A stretch of DNA of 64,000 nt from Promethearchaeota archaeon (lineage in GTDB: Archaea; Asgardarchaeota; Heimdallarchaeia; Hodarchaeales; Hodarchaeaceae), in NCBI GenBank assembly GCA_048938105.1, contig JBHLMN010000001.1:384001-448000 (forward strand), read 5' to 3'. Below are positions 1 to 10,349 of this stretch, one piece after another. Position 1 is the stretch's first letter. Each line of letters begins with the position of its first letter. The translations under genes were made by a program, and so were the position numbers. The notes under the pieces are model-generated. The model was not told the origin of the DNA and made no database searches. It was given only the letters and a program-made list of their open reading frames with translations.

Positions 1-181
1 TTAAATTTATTCTTTTAAACTTGCGTTCTCGCCAATGTTTGAGCTTAGAAATTCTAGAAAATCCATCCGAAGTAAGGAAATATTAACTAGATAGTGATAA
101 AAAACGTTTGATTTGGTCACTATTAAAAAAAATTGGCTAAATTATCTCTTCTCAGAGAAATATAAAGACAAAAAAAGGAAA

Positions 182-1066
182 TTATTGAGCAATCACGCTT
201 TTTTTCAAAACATTTTCAACATAAAGTTCCCCCGCACGATAAGAGCTCCGTACAAGAGGCCCTGATGCTACATAAAGAAATCCTAGTTTAATAGCTTCTT
301 TTTCCCAAAATTCAAACTTTGATGGCTCTATATATTCAACAACATCCAAATGTTTTCGTGAAGGTTGTAAATATTGACCTAGTGTTACTATATCCACTCT
401 TGCACGTCTTAGCGTAAGAAGAGCAGCGAATACCTGCGCATCAGATTCACCTAATCCTAGCATTATCGAAGACTTTGTTAAAATTTGGGGATTCAGTTTT
501 TTTATGTTCTCAAGTATATATATTGATTGTTTAAAGCTAGCTCTCTTATCTCTGACCATTGGCGTAAGTGCTTCTGTAGTTTCTATGTTATGGCCAATAA
601 CTTCAGGTTTACTTTTGATAAGCTTCTGAAGAGCGCTTAAATTTCCTTGAAAATCTGGGATGAGGATCTCTATTATCACGCCTGGGTTTTTTTCTCGCAC
701 TTTCTTTATACATTGGCTCAAATGCCCTGCCCCCCCATCAATCAAGTCATCACGTGTTACAGAAGTAAGAACCACATATCTTAACCCAAGCTCTTTAACT
801 GCTTGTGCTAAATTTATGGATTCTTGGGGATCTAAAGATTGGTGAGGGTTACGGGTCTGTACATCACAAAACTTACAGTAACGAGTGCAAAAGGGGCCCA
901 TGAGTAAAAAAGTCGCGGTACCTGATTCCCAACATTCTGTACAATTAGGGCAGAATGCTTCTTCACAAACTGTATGAAGACTTTGATTTTTGAGTAGTTT
1001 TCGCATTTTCCCAAATTCTTTCTTAGTTGGAAGTTTTGCTTTAATCCATTTTGGCTTTTTATTCAC
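182..1066 (-). CDS. lipA: Lipoyl synthase
   Basis: CEEAFCPNCTECW auxiliary-cluster motif, radical SAM CTRYCKFC, C-terminal VRSSY motif. Confidence 0.97.
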   Translation of the reverse strand: MNKKPKWIKAKLPTKKEFGKMRKLLKNQSLHTVCEEAFCPNCTECWESGTATFLLMGPFCTRYCKFCDVQTRNPHQSLDPQESINLAQAVKELGLRYVVLTSVTRDDLIDGGAGHLSQCIKKVREKNPGVIIEILIPDFQGNLSALQKLIKSKPEVIGHNIETTEALTPMVRDKRASFKQSIYILENIKKLNPQILTKSSIMLGLGESDAQVFAALLTLRRARVDIVTLGQYLQPSRKHLDVVEYIEPSKFEFWEKEAIKLGFLYVASGPLVRSSYRAGELYVENVLKKSVIAQ

Positions 1067-1224
1067 TATAACAACGCCTACACTTAATACTAAACTTAAT
1101 TTTACTAAAAAAATGTAAAATAATTAAAAAATAAATAAGTTGAGATTACACAGAATAGCCATTTTAAATGTCAATAGGTTTTGCTGATTAGAATCAGATC
1201 TTCGCTTATAAGTCTCAATTTTAG

Positions 1225-3645
1225 GTGATTTCTCCTTTGATTTTGCAAAATGAGCTAAAAAATATTTTATTTGAGATTCCTCCAGAACAACTTCTTGCAG
1301 GTGCCATTTGCATTATTTTAACTATAATTTTCCTTCTAGAATTGAGAAAATATTTGAAATATCACGCTTTTCCTGACCTTATGGAACTGTCAGGGATCGG
1401 AGTTATGGCCTCTGGGCTTTTTACCATAACTGGAGATATCCTTCTTGCAGGTTTAGCGGGCATCTTAGCGCTAATGATTATTGGATCCTTCGAAGTACGA
1501 GAAAATCCCATTTGGTTTCGAATGATGGTGACTTTTACTATTAGTTATGGGTTTTTTTTCTTAATGGTTGCTTTAGGATTTCTAACGACCAAAGTCTTTT
1601 CATCATTAGGAGATACTATTAAAGAATTTTTAATTTCTCTTGGATTATCTTCTAGCATCGATATACAACAGTTTTTTGTGGGAATTGGATATAATCTAGT
1701 CCTTTGGATCATGATTTTAACCGCATTCTTAGTGTTTGGTAAAAAATTTATTGTCGTAACTCGATTCATAAGTCCCCAGATGGTTTATCTTGTACTTTAC
1801 CTAGTTGCATTATTGATAATCCTACAAATGGATCTTCCAGAAATTGCAAAATATTTCGCTATTTTTGCCGTCAATATTCTTATTTATCTTGTTTCAGGTC
1901 CATTACTCTCTTTTTTATTTGGAATACAACCTCTAGAGGATGAGAGAGTAAAAAAAATCATCAATGACGTGCAAACGAAGATTCAAACTCCGATTCGAAA
2001 AATCGGCATTGTTAAAGCACCTATCCTCAATGCTTTCGCATATGGACCATGGTTTGATCAAAGAATTGCTTATATTGCCTCAGATTTAGATCAATTTACA
2101 GATGCGGAGATTCGTGGAATAACTGCTCATGAATTAATACATGTTCAAAAAAAACATACCCTTTGGTTGTTAGGCCTTACTGCAGTTGAACTAGTAATCA
2201 AGGCCGCAATTGATGCGCCTTCTACATATTGGGAATTTGTATTGGGGATGAGTCAAACTTGGGATTTCTTGAGTTTCTGGTTATTCAACATTGCATTATT
2301 TGCAATCTTACTCACTTTTGTTAAAATAATGGAAGGTCAGGCTGATAAAACCACGAGAGAAAAAGGATTTGGTTTGGATTTGGCTGAATCTTTATATCGA
2401 TTAGAAGGGTTTTACTATGGAATTGCAGGAGAGATTGGATTCAATACACAATTAATGACTGGAAAAATACGATCTAAAGATGAGAGTATCCGTTTTATGG
2501 GAGATCAGGCATTCTATCTTTATCGTAATCTGGCTCCAGGTCGTATGACTTGCATTATGAATCTGATAGCATCACATCCTCTTACATCCATCCGTCTAGC
2601 ATTGCAGCTAGACCATTCCATTGGAGCAATTAAAGCTGGATTTATGATATGGTTTCTGCTAATTCCAGGATTACGAAAAAGAACAATAAGAAAACTACAG
2701 AAAAGCCACCAAGAGATGAGTGAATTACTATCTTCTAAATATTCCAAAGATTTTGGTTCAATTAATGATTACGTAGAAATAACTTTTGAAGAGGATTGGG
2801 CTAAGTACTTTGTGGGACATCATGTGATTGCAAAACCCTGGTTATATGAAGGTGTTACATATTGGGGGAAAATAACTAATTTTCATCAGACCGAGAATAT
2901 AGTTTCTCCCATTGAATTCGAAATGGAGATTTCTAATGGGAAAACAATCAGAATCCCAAAGAGTGACTATACCTTTGTCATAGCTGAACCACAACACAAA
3001 TACTTTACAAAAAAAGGGAATATGGTTACTTTAGATAAAGTGCAAATTGAAAAAGGAAAATTCCGAAAATTCCATTTTACTGAAAATGGAAAAAAAACTA
3101 CATCACGCTCTATAGGATTGGATACATCTGAATTTAAGCAAGAAACTTATTGGTTGGTCTATAAAAATGGCATAATCCAACCTTGGAGTCTGAAAGAGGT
3201 TCATTTAGCTACACATTTCAGAGATACTGTTTTCTTGTTTGAAGATATTACTCAAAATGAATATCAATATCAAGGTAAAGAACTAGTTATTTCATCTCCT
3301 CCTTTAGTGCAAATGATTAATGCAAAAAATTGGTCACAAGAAAAAAGATTTTTCAAACTTCTACAAAAACTGAATGAACCATTTGTCCTCTATGATAAAG
3401 AAGACATCGACATTGGTGCTCCTTGTAAAGTAAATACCATATCCGATGATGATACCATAGAACTATTGGAAGGAAGAACACTCCGTACAATTAAACCGAA
3501 CATGATTGATGCATTAATTTTAGAATATCCTTTTTATCTTATTAATTTCCGAAAAGAGATGGGATTTGGTAACGTTCTAACATTGAAATTGTTTAATAGA
3601 GGTCTGAAGACAAAATATGTAGGTCTCAATAGCTATCTCGCTTAA
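1225..3645 (+). CDS. M48 (HtpX/Ste24) family membrane zinc metalloprotease with long C-terminal extension
   Basis: Multiple TM helices, NAFAYG, AHELIH (HExxH), EGQAD, SHPLTSIR motifs; ~300-aa soluble C-terminal region. Confidence 0.85.
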   Translation: MISPLILQNELKNILFEIPPEQLLAGAICIILTIIFLLELRKYLKYHAFPDLMELSGIGVMASGLFTITGDILLAGLAGILALMIIGSFEVRENPIWFRMMVTFTISYGFFFLMVALGFLTTKVFSSLGDTIKEFLISLGLSSSIDIQQFFVGIGYNLVLWIMILTAFLVFGKKFIVVTRFISPQMVYLVLYLVALLIILQMDLPEIAKYFAIFAVNILIYLVSGPLLSFLFGIQPLEDERVKKIINDVQTKIQTPIRKIGIVKAPILNAFAYGPWFDQRIAYIASDLDQFTDAEIRGITAHELIHVQKKHTLWLLGLTAVELVIKAAIDAPSTYWEFVLGMSQTWDFLSFWLFNIALFAILLTFVKIMEGQADKTTREKGFGLDLAESLYRLEGFYYGIAGEIGFNTQLMTGKIRSKDESIRFMGDQAFYLYRNLAPGRMTCIMNLIASHPLTSIRLALQLDHSIGAIKAGFMIWFLLIPGLRKRTIRKLQKSHQEMSELLSSKYSKDFGSINDYVEITFEEDWAKYFVGHHVIAKPWLYEGVTYWGKITNFHQTENIVSPIEFEMEISNGKTIRIPKSDYTFVIAEPQHKYFTKKGNMVTLDKVQIEKGKFRKFHFTENGKKTTSRSIGLDTSEFKQETYWLVYKNGIIQPWSLKEVHLATHFRDTVFLFEDITQNEYQYQGKELVISSPPLVQMINAKNWSQEKRFFKLLQKLNEPFVLYDKEDIDIGAPCKVNTISDDDTIELLEGRTLRTIKPNMIDALILEYPFYLINFRKEMGFGNVLTLKLFNRGLKTKYVGLNSYLA

Positions 3646-3682
3646 AAACCACAATGATTCTTAAATAAGAAAATAGAAAACA

Positions 3683-4930
3683 TTAATCCTTGGTTTCTAA
3701 TACTTCAGTTGCTATATCTTTAGCTCGTTGGCGCCTTTCGCTAAGAGATTCGGTAGATTGAGTGAAATTTTTCCTGTTTAAACTCATCTCTTCCTCTTTC
3801 TCTGTTATATCTGCTTTTAATACTGCTATATTCTCCTCACATTGGATTAGTAGATCATTAATAGATTTAAACTCCGATGATCCTTCCAGCTCTTCTTTTT
3901 GGGCTAAATGATCTTTCCATTCATTTTTCTTTGAATCCATTTTTCCTTCCTGCAAAGCATTTAGCTCATGAGTTAGATTATTGATATTTTTCTGTTTTAA
4001 ATGGAGATCCGTTTTACCAACCTTGATTAATTCCTCCATGAGAGCAATAATTTCAGGATTACCTTCTTCCTCTTCAAGAAAACTCTGAACAGGATTCTTT
4101 TCATAAGCCAATGCTGTATTTACTATTCCAAAATCACCTGAAATTGATCCACGTTGAATTTCACGGGCATATTTCTTGAATATTTTCTTAAACGAATTTA
4201 AATGCCTACCTATTTCAATTTCCAATTCTGTCATTCTGATCCCGCTTTTCCGTGAAACTTTTATCGAAGGATTCTCTGATAAACGGGTCTTTTCTTTCTC
4301 CGCTTCTGTTAACGACTCTTCAAGTGTTTTTAATTCAGTTTGAATTTGATTTTGTTCTTCTTTTAACTTTGATATTTTTTGTAAGAGATCTTTAACATCT
4401 GTATTTAAATCAGCTAAATCTTCTAGAGCTTTAATTATACGATATTCCTCTTTTTGAAGATCACGTAGTTTAGCTAGTTCAGATCCTAACTTACTGATAG
4501 GATTATAAATTGTCCGCTTTTTGAGCATAAAATCAATACCCATAACCGAGTCAGCGGCATTTTTCTCCTTATTAATATCATTTAACAATCGAGACACATC
4601 TCTAATGAATTGGTTCAACTCAATTGAAGTCAACCTTTTTGATGCCTCTGGAACCTGAAAATCTAAAAACTGTTTATCAATAGAATGTGCTAATGCATTC
4701 ATAACCTTTAAAGACTCAAATTGTGATCGAAATTTTATTTTCTTCATCCCTTCTTCCGTGAGTTTTGGTTCCGTTTCCTCAACAAGTTTTTTACATCCTT
4801 CTTTCACTTTCTCGGAATTTTTATGCATTGATTGAAGGAGCTTCTTGCTTTTTTCATAAGCTAACTGGATTTCTTTCTTTCTTTGTATTTTAATTGATTC
4901 AGAAAGACCTTTAATTTCATCTTCAGCCAT
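3683..4930 (-). CDS. Long coiled-coil protein of unknown function
   Basis: 415 aa, K/E-rich heptad pattern, no NTPase motif. Confidence 0.7.
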   Translation of the reverse strand: MAEDEIKGLSESIKIQRKKEIQLAYEKSKKLLQSMHKNSEKVKEGCKKLVEETEPKLTEEGMKKIKFRSQFESLKVMNALAHSIDKQFLDFQVPEASKRLTSIELNQFIRDVSRLLNDINKEKNAADSVMGIDFMLKKRTIYNPISKLGSELAKLRDLQKEEYRIIKALEDLADLNTDVKDLLQKISKLKEEQNQIQTELKTLEESLTEAEKEKTRLSENPSIKVSRKSGIRMTELEIEIGRHLNSFKKIFKKYAREIQRGSISGDFGIVNTALAYEKNPVQSFLEEEEGNPEIIALMEELIKVGKTDLHLKQKNINNLTHELNALQEGKMDSKKNEWKDHLAQKEELEGSSEFKSINDLLIQCEENIAVLKADITEKEEEMSLNRKNFTQSTESLSERRQRAKDIATEVLETKD

Positions 4931-4938
4931 TAAACCAC

Positions 4939-5340
4939 CTATTTCTTTGAATAATAAATCGATGAAAGAAAAAGGTCTTCTAAACGTGTTATCATCATTT
5001 CTAGGGGAGGAAAAGCATTTCCTTTTTTCTTAAATCCGACAATGAGATGATTAACTTGCCTTTCATTCGAAATTATTTGCAAACTTTCAGAGGTTGGGGT
5101 TATAGCTTCCCATATCTGAGGAAGAATCGCACACATTTGCTCGAACTCATCCATTTTCATTTCAACAATAGATCCCTCACTTCTTTTCAACCCTGTCAAT
5201 GGAAAACCATTATTATCACTGATGAATGAAGCTATCATTTGATGTTTCTCTCCTCCCCCCGTCATTTGTTTCGATAAAATTGCTCTAAGAGATAAACGCA
5301 TCTGGTCTTCTAAATTTCGTCCCATTTTTGATTTCATCAA
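4939..5340 (-). CDS. Roadblock/LC7 (MglB-like) or profilin-like domain protein
   Basis: N-terminal helix, then ASFISDNNGFPL beta-hairpin, helix and three strands, the pattern typical of roadblock folds. Confidence 0.55.
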   Translation of the reverse strand: MMKSKMGRNLEDQMRLSLRAILSKQMTGGGEKHQMIASFISDNNGFPLTGLKRSEGSIVEMKMDEFEQMCAILPQIWEAITPTSESLQIISNERQVNHLIVGFKKKGNAFPPLEMMITRLEDLFLSSIYYSKK

Positions 5341-5513
5341 CCTAGTTATTAACGTTTCATCATGAGAGAGATCAAGTTTCAGTTATTAATTTTTTTTGAA
5401 TTTTCGACTAAAATTATCGATTAGTTCGAAAGGATAATATTTTCAAAGAAGGTCAAAGGGAGATGGCTAAGATTCATCAATCAAGTTGTTTCTAAGCATC
5501 AATCAGTAAAAAA

Positions 5514-8500
5514 TTGCTTTCAGATACCAATTTATGTGAAAAGGTCATGAAAAAACTCAATAATCCATTAAACATAATATATCATACTGGTATAATCGTA
5601 TTGTTCCTCACATTGGTTATTCTACCTACATCTACTGTACTTAATTTAAATACCACTCCATTCACAGACGATGAGAAGATACAAGCTGAGTCTCCAGACA
5701 CATCACTAAATAATAACAAAATAAAACTTACAGATAATGATACTCAAATTGCAAATACTAAATTTGATATTGGAGCTCTATTTAATTATGTGAGCTCGCT
5801 TTACAAGGAAGAAGGGATATTTTTAGAAGCATATGGAGGATATACTACATCTATTGCAACTTATGAAGCCCTCTCTATCTTAAGATTCTTGGGTTTGGAT
5901 TACTATCAGTTTGGTTCTGATTGGGAAGATAAAGAGGTAACTATCGCTGATAAATTACTTGATCTTAGAGATAAATCTGGTTTAGGAGGGTATTATCTAT
6001 CACCACAATCTAATTCCCCCTCTTTAGAAGGAACATTTGGTGTAACGACTTCTCTTTGGATAATGAATGAATTACCTCTGAAACTGAAACCAATTACCCC
6101 AAAATTATTAGATTTTGTATATAATGTAACTTTTGATAGTGAAAATTACGGTTTCCATGAAGTCGGCCACGAAGACTGTTCAATCAAAGCTACATTTCAA
6201 GCATTAACAATTTTAGACTTGATTCGTAAGGTTGTGATTATTCCTGAATTATATGACGTAAAAAATACACCATTAATCAATGAAACTGTTTTAGACTTTA
6301 TGGCAAATTATTCTTTAAATATCTTCGAATTTATAAATGATTTTTGGGTTGAAGACTCATATTTCTTTTCAAACACCCCTTACCAAACTAAAATCGAAGA
6401 AACATGGTACGCGCTCCAATCAATTAAGATATTAGATGATTATGGGAAATTTTTAAACGAAAATTTGCCAAAAAATCTCACCGATTATAAAAATTCTGTG
6501 ATTCCTTGGTTAAAATCAATGAAAAAGACAATAGGACTCACAAAAGGTGGTTTTGGGACATCAGAATATGCAAATGTCTCAGAGACAGGTTTAACTTATG
6601 CAATCCTAAATCTTCTCAATTCCACCCAAGAAGTCGATATCAATCATACTGAAACAATATCGTTTATTTATTCGTCTCAATTTCTTAAACGGGAAAATCG
6701 AACTTATCGTTCTTCAGAGATACCTCATATCGGAGGATTTGGTCCTAATAATGTAACTTACTCAAAAGAATATCAGAGTAAAAGAGTGAATGTCCATGAT
6801 ACATATTATGCGGTATTAACGCTTCTTCTATCAGGTGATATTTTTTATTCCATTAATCTCACCTTAGAAACAACACACTATCAAGAGATTATATCAAAAT
6901 ATCCTGGTAGTATAAATAAATCAAACTATATCATTCAAGGAGAGCTTGGTGTTATTGAACAGTATTTCAAAATCTTTAATTACACATCTCATGGATCCCT
7001 AGAATTAACAACCGTTGTAGACAACTGGAATCTAACCCATCCCGACTATACTGAAAGTAATACGAAATTTGTGGGAAAATCAACTGCACAATATGCAGTA
7101 AACTTAGAGAATGATTCACAAGCTGATTTCAATTGGACAATGGGTTCTCATAAACTCACTAATATAATATCAATTCGAGATCTACCAATTATTCAATCCC
7201 CAGTATATCATCTCAATTCAACTCTGTATGTAGGCTATGCAAATGAGGTGAAATTTGATTCAGCAGTTATCAAGCCAGGAGACTATATAAATACAACGAT
7301 CTTCTTTCAAAATCGTTCCGTTATCACATACTCTAAGCAAAATATTACAGAGGGGACAGTTAACGCGAATTTAACATCGCCAAATAATGAGAACTTTATT
7401 TGGTTTGAATTAGAACCAATCAACACCACCATTGGAGCGATATCATATCAATGGAAAGTTCCTGATCAAGCGCTATTGGGAACTTGGGAGCTTACACTAA
7501 CTCTTAATCAGTCCAATTATTCCCTTTTTTTCACAATACAAATTGAAATAACTGATATCGTGTCTTTTTATAATATATCCCGAATGCCTCAATACTACCC
7601 TGGTGAAAATATGAACCTAAATGTTTCATTGAAATATTCAAATGGTAATTTTACTCCAAATGCAAATGCATCAGTGGTGTTTATAAGTAATCAAACTCAA
7701 GAAGAAGTATTTAACCTCACATTACATTACTTAAAGGGGAATATTTATACAACAAGCGGCACCAATTGTCCTACTCACTTTTTATACGGTTTCTATAATG
7801 TTTCTATTAGCTTAACATGGAATACAACTTCAGAATTACCTGCTGACACCGTTTATAATAGTAGTCTTCCAGTTATCCAAATTAAGGGGATTCCAACTGT
7901 ATCTGAGGCCTCTTTTAACACAAACTATCGAAATAATCTCCCATTAGTAGAAAATAATTTGTTTTATTATGGTGAAACTCTCAATTTAACTTTAAAAATC
8001 GGTTTTAAATCCAATTCTACCATTAATAATGTAACTGATGAAAATGTGGTTGTTAAGGGAGGATTGGTTAATAATACCCAACCGTCATCCTTTATTCAAC
8101 TATTTCAATTTTTGCATCACAATAGTACTATTACTTTAACAGGTTTAATTAGTACTAATCTCCCTAATTCCACCTTAGGAACACGATTTCAAATACAATC
8201 AGAATTCAACAATTCCTATGTTTATATCAAAAATCCCTTGAACACAGTTAAGCATGCAGCTTACAATTTTTCTTTGATTGGAACTTTTGAAATTAGAGAC
8301 ATTAATTACGTGGCAACAGAGATGTCTAATGGTCTTTACCAGTATGCTCTTGACACCACTTCAGTTATTTCAATTTCATTCAAAGTTTACAATAATGAAC
8401 TGGATGGTATCCTTATTCAAGTCCCGAGTCTTAATCTTTATGGTATATTGGACATTCAGAATAGATTTGGGGCTTTAAATCAGTCCCTACCTAGCGTTAC

Positions 8501-8762
8501 ATCTGGAGTAGATCAAAATGGAACAACAATCTATCTTTTATCAATACCTACTTCAAATCTAAGCCCAAATGATTATGATATTTCGATTTACACCTGGACT
8601 GCAATCAGAAACGACTTAAGAATTGGAAACCTATTTCCAGGTTTTTCAATTATAAAGACTTTTTCTCCAAAACCGATAATTCAAATACATGAGGTATTAA
8701 TCCTAATTTCGGGACTAACTCTAATTGTATTAATCTATTTAAATGTTAAGAAATCTCGATAA
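5514..8762 (+). CDS. Membrane-anchored surface glycoprotein with prenyltransferase/squalene-cyclase-type repeats and Ig-like beta domains
   Basis: N-terminal hydrophobic segment; repeated GG(F/Y)...T(Y/F)xAL motifs; very many N-x-S/T sequons; C-terminal TM helix followed by KKSR. Confidence 0.7.
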   Translation: MLSDTNLCEKVMKKLNNPLNIIYHTGIIVLFLTLVILPTSTVLNLNTTPFTDDEKIQAESPDTSLNNNKIKLTDNDTQIANTKFDIGALFNYVSSLYKEEGIFLEAYGGYTTSIATYEALSILRFLGLDYYQFGSDWEDKEVTIADKLLDLRDKSGLGGYYLSPQSNSPSLEGTFGVTTSLWIMNELPLKLKPITPKLLDFVYNVTFDSENYGFHEVGHEDCSIKATFQALTILDLIRKVVIIPELYDVKNTPLINETVLDFMANYSLNIFEFINDFWVEDSYFFSNTPYQTKIEETWYALQSIKILDDYGKFLNENLPKNLTDYKNSVIPWLKSMKKTIGLTKGGFGTSEYANVSETGLTYAILNLLNSTQEVDINHTETISFIYSSQFLKRENRTYRSSEIPHIGGFGPNNVTYSKEYQSKRVNVHDTYYAVLTLLLSGDIFYSINLTLETTHYQEIISKYPGSINKSNYIIQGELGVIEQYFKIFNYTSHGSLELTTVVDNWNLTHPDYTESNTKFVGKSTAQYAVNLENDSQADFNWTMGSHKLTNIISIRDLPIIQSPVYHLNSTLYVGYANEVKFDSAVIKPGDYINTTIFFQNRSVITYSKQNITEGTVNANLTSPNNENFIWFELEPINTTIGAISYQWKVPDQALLGTWELTLTLNQSNYSLFFTIQIEITDIVSFYNISRMPQYYPGENMNLNVSLKYSNGNFTPNANASVVFISNQTQEEVFNLTLHYLKGNIYTTSGTNCPTHFLYGFYNVSISLTWNTTSELPADTVYNSSLPVIQIKGIPTVSEASFNTNYRNNLPLVENNLFYYGETLNLTLKIGFKSNSTINNVTDENVVVKGGLVNNTQPSSFIQLFQFLHHNSTITLTGLISTNLPNSTLGTRFQIQSEFNNSYVYIKNPLNTVKHAAYNFSLIGTFEIRDINYVATEMSNGLYQYALDTTSVISISFKVYNNELDGILIQVPSLNLYGILDIQNRFGALNQSLPSVTSGVDQNGTTIYLLSIPTSNLSPNDYDISIYTWTAIRNDLRIGNLFPGFSIIKTFSPKPIIQIHEVLILISGLTLIVLIYLNVKKSR

Positions 8763-9126
8763 GAATGCTTTCTCCAATTTCTATCGCCCATTCCTCAAAA
8801 AATAGAATGAGGCCTTTTAATTGCTCTTTCTTAAGCTCTGGGTAATGAATACCGAGTATTACAACTGTATAATAGCGTGTAATTTTAGCGATGACCCGAG
8901 CAATATTCGCAGCGAGCTCTCCATCCCGGTGATTAGGGAGTGAAATACAATGATAATTTGCTGATTTTTCCCCGTTCTTGCGAACATATGGAACTCCAAC
9001 TCCAATACCACCTAAATGATCGTTAGGGCCTGTTATATCAATAAATATACCGTTTTCCTTGAAGAAGACCGTAGCTTTAAACTCTTGCGCCAAATATTCA
9101 GTTTTAAAAGTAACAATTTCTTTCAA
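8746..9126 (-). CDS. LpdD-like / proteasome-assembly-chaperone-fold small protein
   Basis: ITGPNDHLGGIGVGVPY ... LPNHRDGELA ... VVILGIH matches the recalled LpdD-family pattern. Confidence 0.6.
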   Translation of the reverse strand: MKEIVTFKTEYLAQEFKATVFFKENGIFIDITGPNDHLGGIGVGVPYVRKNGEKSANYHCISLPNHRDGELAANIARVIAKITRYYTVVILGIHYPELKKEQLKGLILFFEEWAIEIGESILIEIS

Positions 9127-9175
9127 CGCAAGAACCTTTTAAAATGAAACAAAAAATTAGAAGAAGGGATTTTCT

Positions 9176-9736
9176 TCAATAACCCCCATCATTAGTTTCA
9201 GTATTTTGATCACTTTCCAATTTTTCCTCTTGAAGCCGCTGCTCCTCTTCCTCACGCTGCTGCCGCTCCTCCTTCTCTTTTTGATGAGACTCAATTTTTT
9301 CTTTTAAACTAGAAATCTCTGAATCCAAATTTTGCTTTTTCTCTTCAGCCTTCTGAATATTATCTAATAGAGTTTGCTTTCCTTTTTCAAGATCATCTGA
9401 AGTGAATTTCAATGATTTCAGCTCTTCTGTTAATTGAGAGATTTCTTTATCTAAAGATTGTTTTTTCTCCACTAATGATACTTTAGAGAATTCTAAATCC
9501 GAAATTTGGTTATTAATTGTATCCAGACGTGTTTTTAATTCTTCGGTACGCGTATCAAATTCTAATTCTTTTTGTTTCAATGTTTCCTGTGCTTGTTTCA
9601 AATCACTTTGTAGTTCGTCTACAGATTTTCCTTTAACTTCTGGAGAATCCTCCACTAACTGTTCTACACCTGGAGGTGAACACACTGGACAAGGTGGACG
9701 AATAAAATAGGATCCACAACGAGAACATTTTGGCAT
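9176..9736 (-). CDS. Zn-finger + coiled-coil protein
   Basis: MPKCSRCG...PCPVC followed by a long heptad coiled coil. Confidence 0.75.
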   Translation of the reverse strand: MPKCSRCGSYFIRPPCPVCSPPGVEQLVEDSPEVKGKSVDELQSDLKQAQETLKQKELEFDTRTEELKTRLDTINNQISDLEFSKVSLVEKKQSLDKEISQLTEELKSLKFTSDDLEKGKQTLLDNIQKAEEKKQNLDSEISSLKEKIESHQKEKEERQQREEEEQRLQEEKLESDQNTETNDGGY

Positions 9737-9737
9737 C

Positions 9738-10211
9738 TCACAGCACTCCCAATTCTTCTTTTAATTTTGAAGCTTCAGCTTCTCTTGCTGACACTTCAGC
9801 TTTTAATCCTGAAAATTTTGTTTTGAAGTCTTCTATCTCTTGTTCCATTTTTTCTTTATCCTGAATTAATTGTTGCTTTCTTTCCTGTTGACTTTTAAGA
9901 GACGCCTCCAATTCGTTAACCTGAGAATTTAGTTCATCATATTCAATCTTTGCTTTGCGTTCTATTTCTTCTTGTTTAGCCAAGCTATCCGCTAATTTTT
10001 GGATTTCAAGCTCTTTTTCTTCTTGAAATTTCTTTAGCTGTCCTTCAACATCATCTATTGATTCAATCAATTCTAAAGGATCAATTATTCGAATAGATTT
10101 ACTCTCTTCTGCTTTTATGGTTTTTACGGGCGACTCAGGTGAATCATCTGGAGTACAAAAAGGACAAGATATCTCACTATAATAAGCACCACATTTTTGA
10201 CAGGTAGGCAT
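9738..10211 (-). CDS. Zn-finger + coiled-coil protein, tandem paralog of 9176..9736
   Basis: MPTCQKCG...SCPFC followed by a coiled coil; 1 nt from the next gene. Confidence 0.75.
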   Translation of the reverse strand: MPTCQKCGAYYSEISCPFCTPDDSPESPVKTIKAEESKSIRIIDPLELIESIDDVEGQLKKFQEEKELEIQKLADSLAKQEEIERKAKIEYDELNSQVNELEASLKSQQERKQQLIQDKEKMEQEIEDFKTKFSGLKAEVSAREAEASKLKEELGVL

Positions 10212-10349
10212 ATTGATTCCTCATTTCATTTTGAGCTTCTGGAAATATATTTACCTTGACTCTTTTCTTTTAACACTTTAGTTTTTTATTTATCTCATAA
10301 AAAAAGTTTTTTCATTTTTGATGAATCTTTTCTTGTATATAAAACAGAA

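Noticed and set aside
3683-4930. SMC/Rad50/SbcC ATPase (also considered for 55984..57309)
   Set aside because: No Walker A/B or signature motifs; coiled coil only
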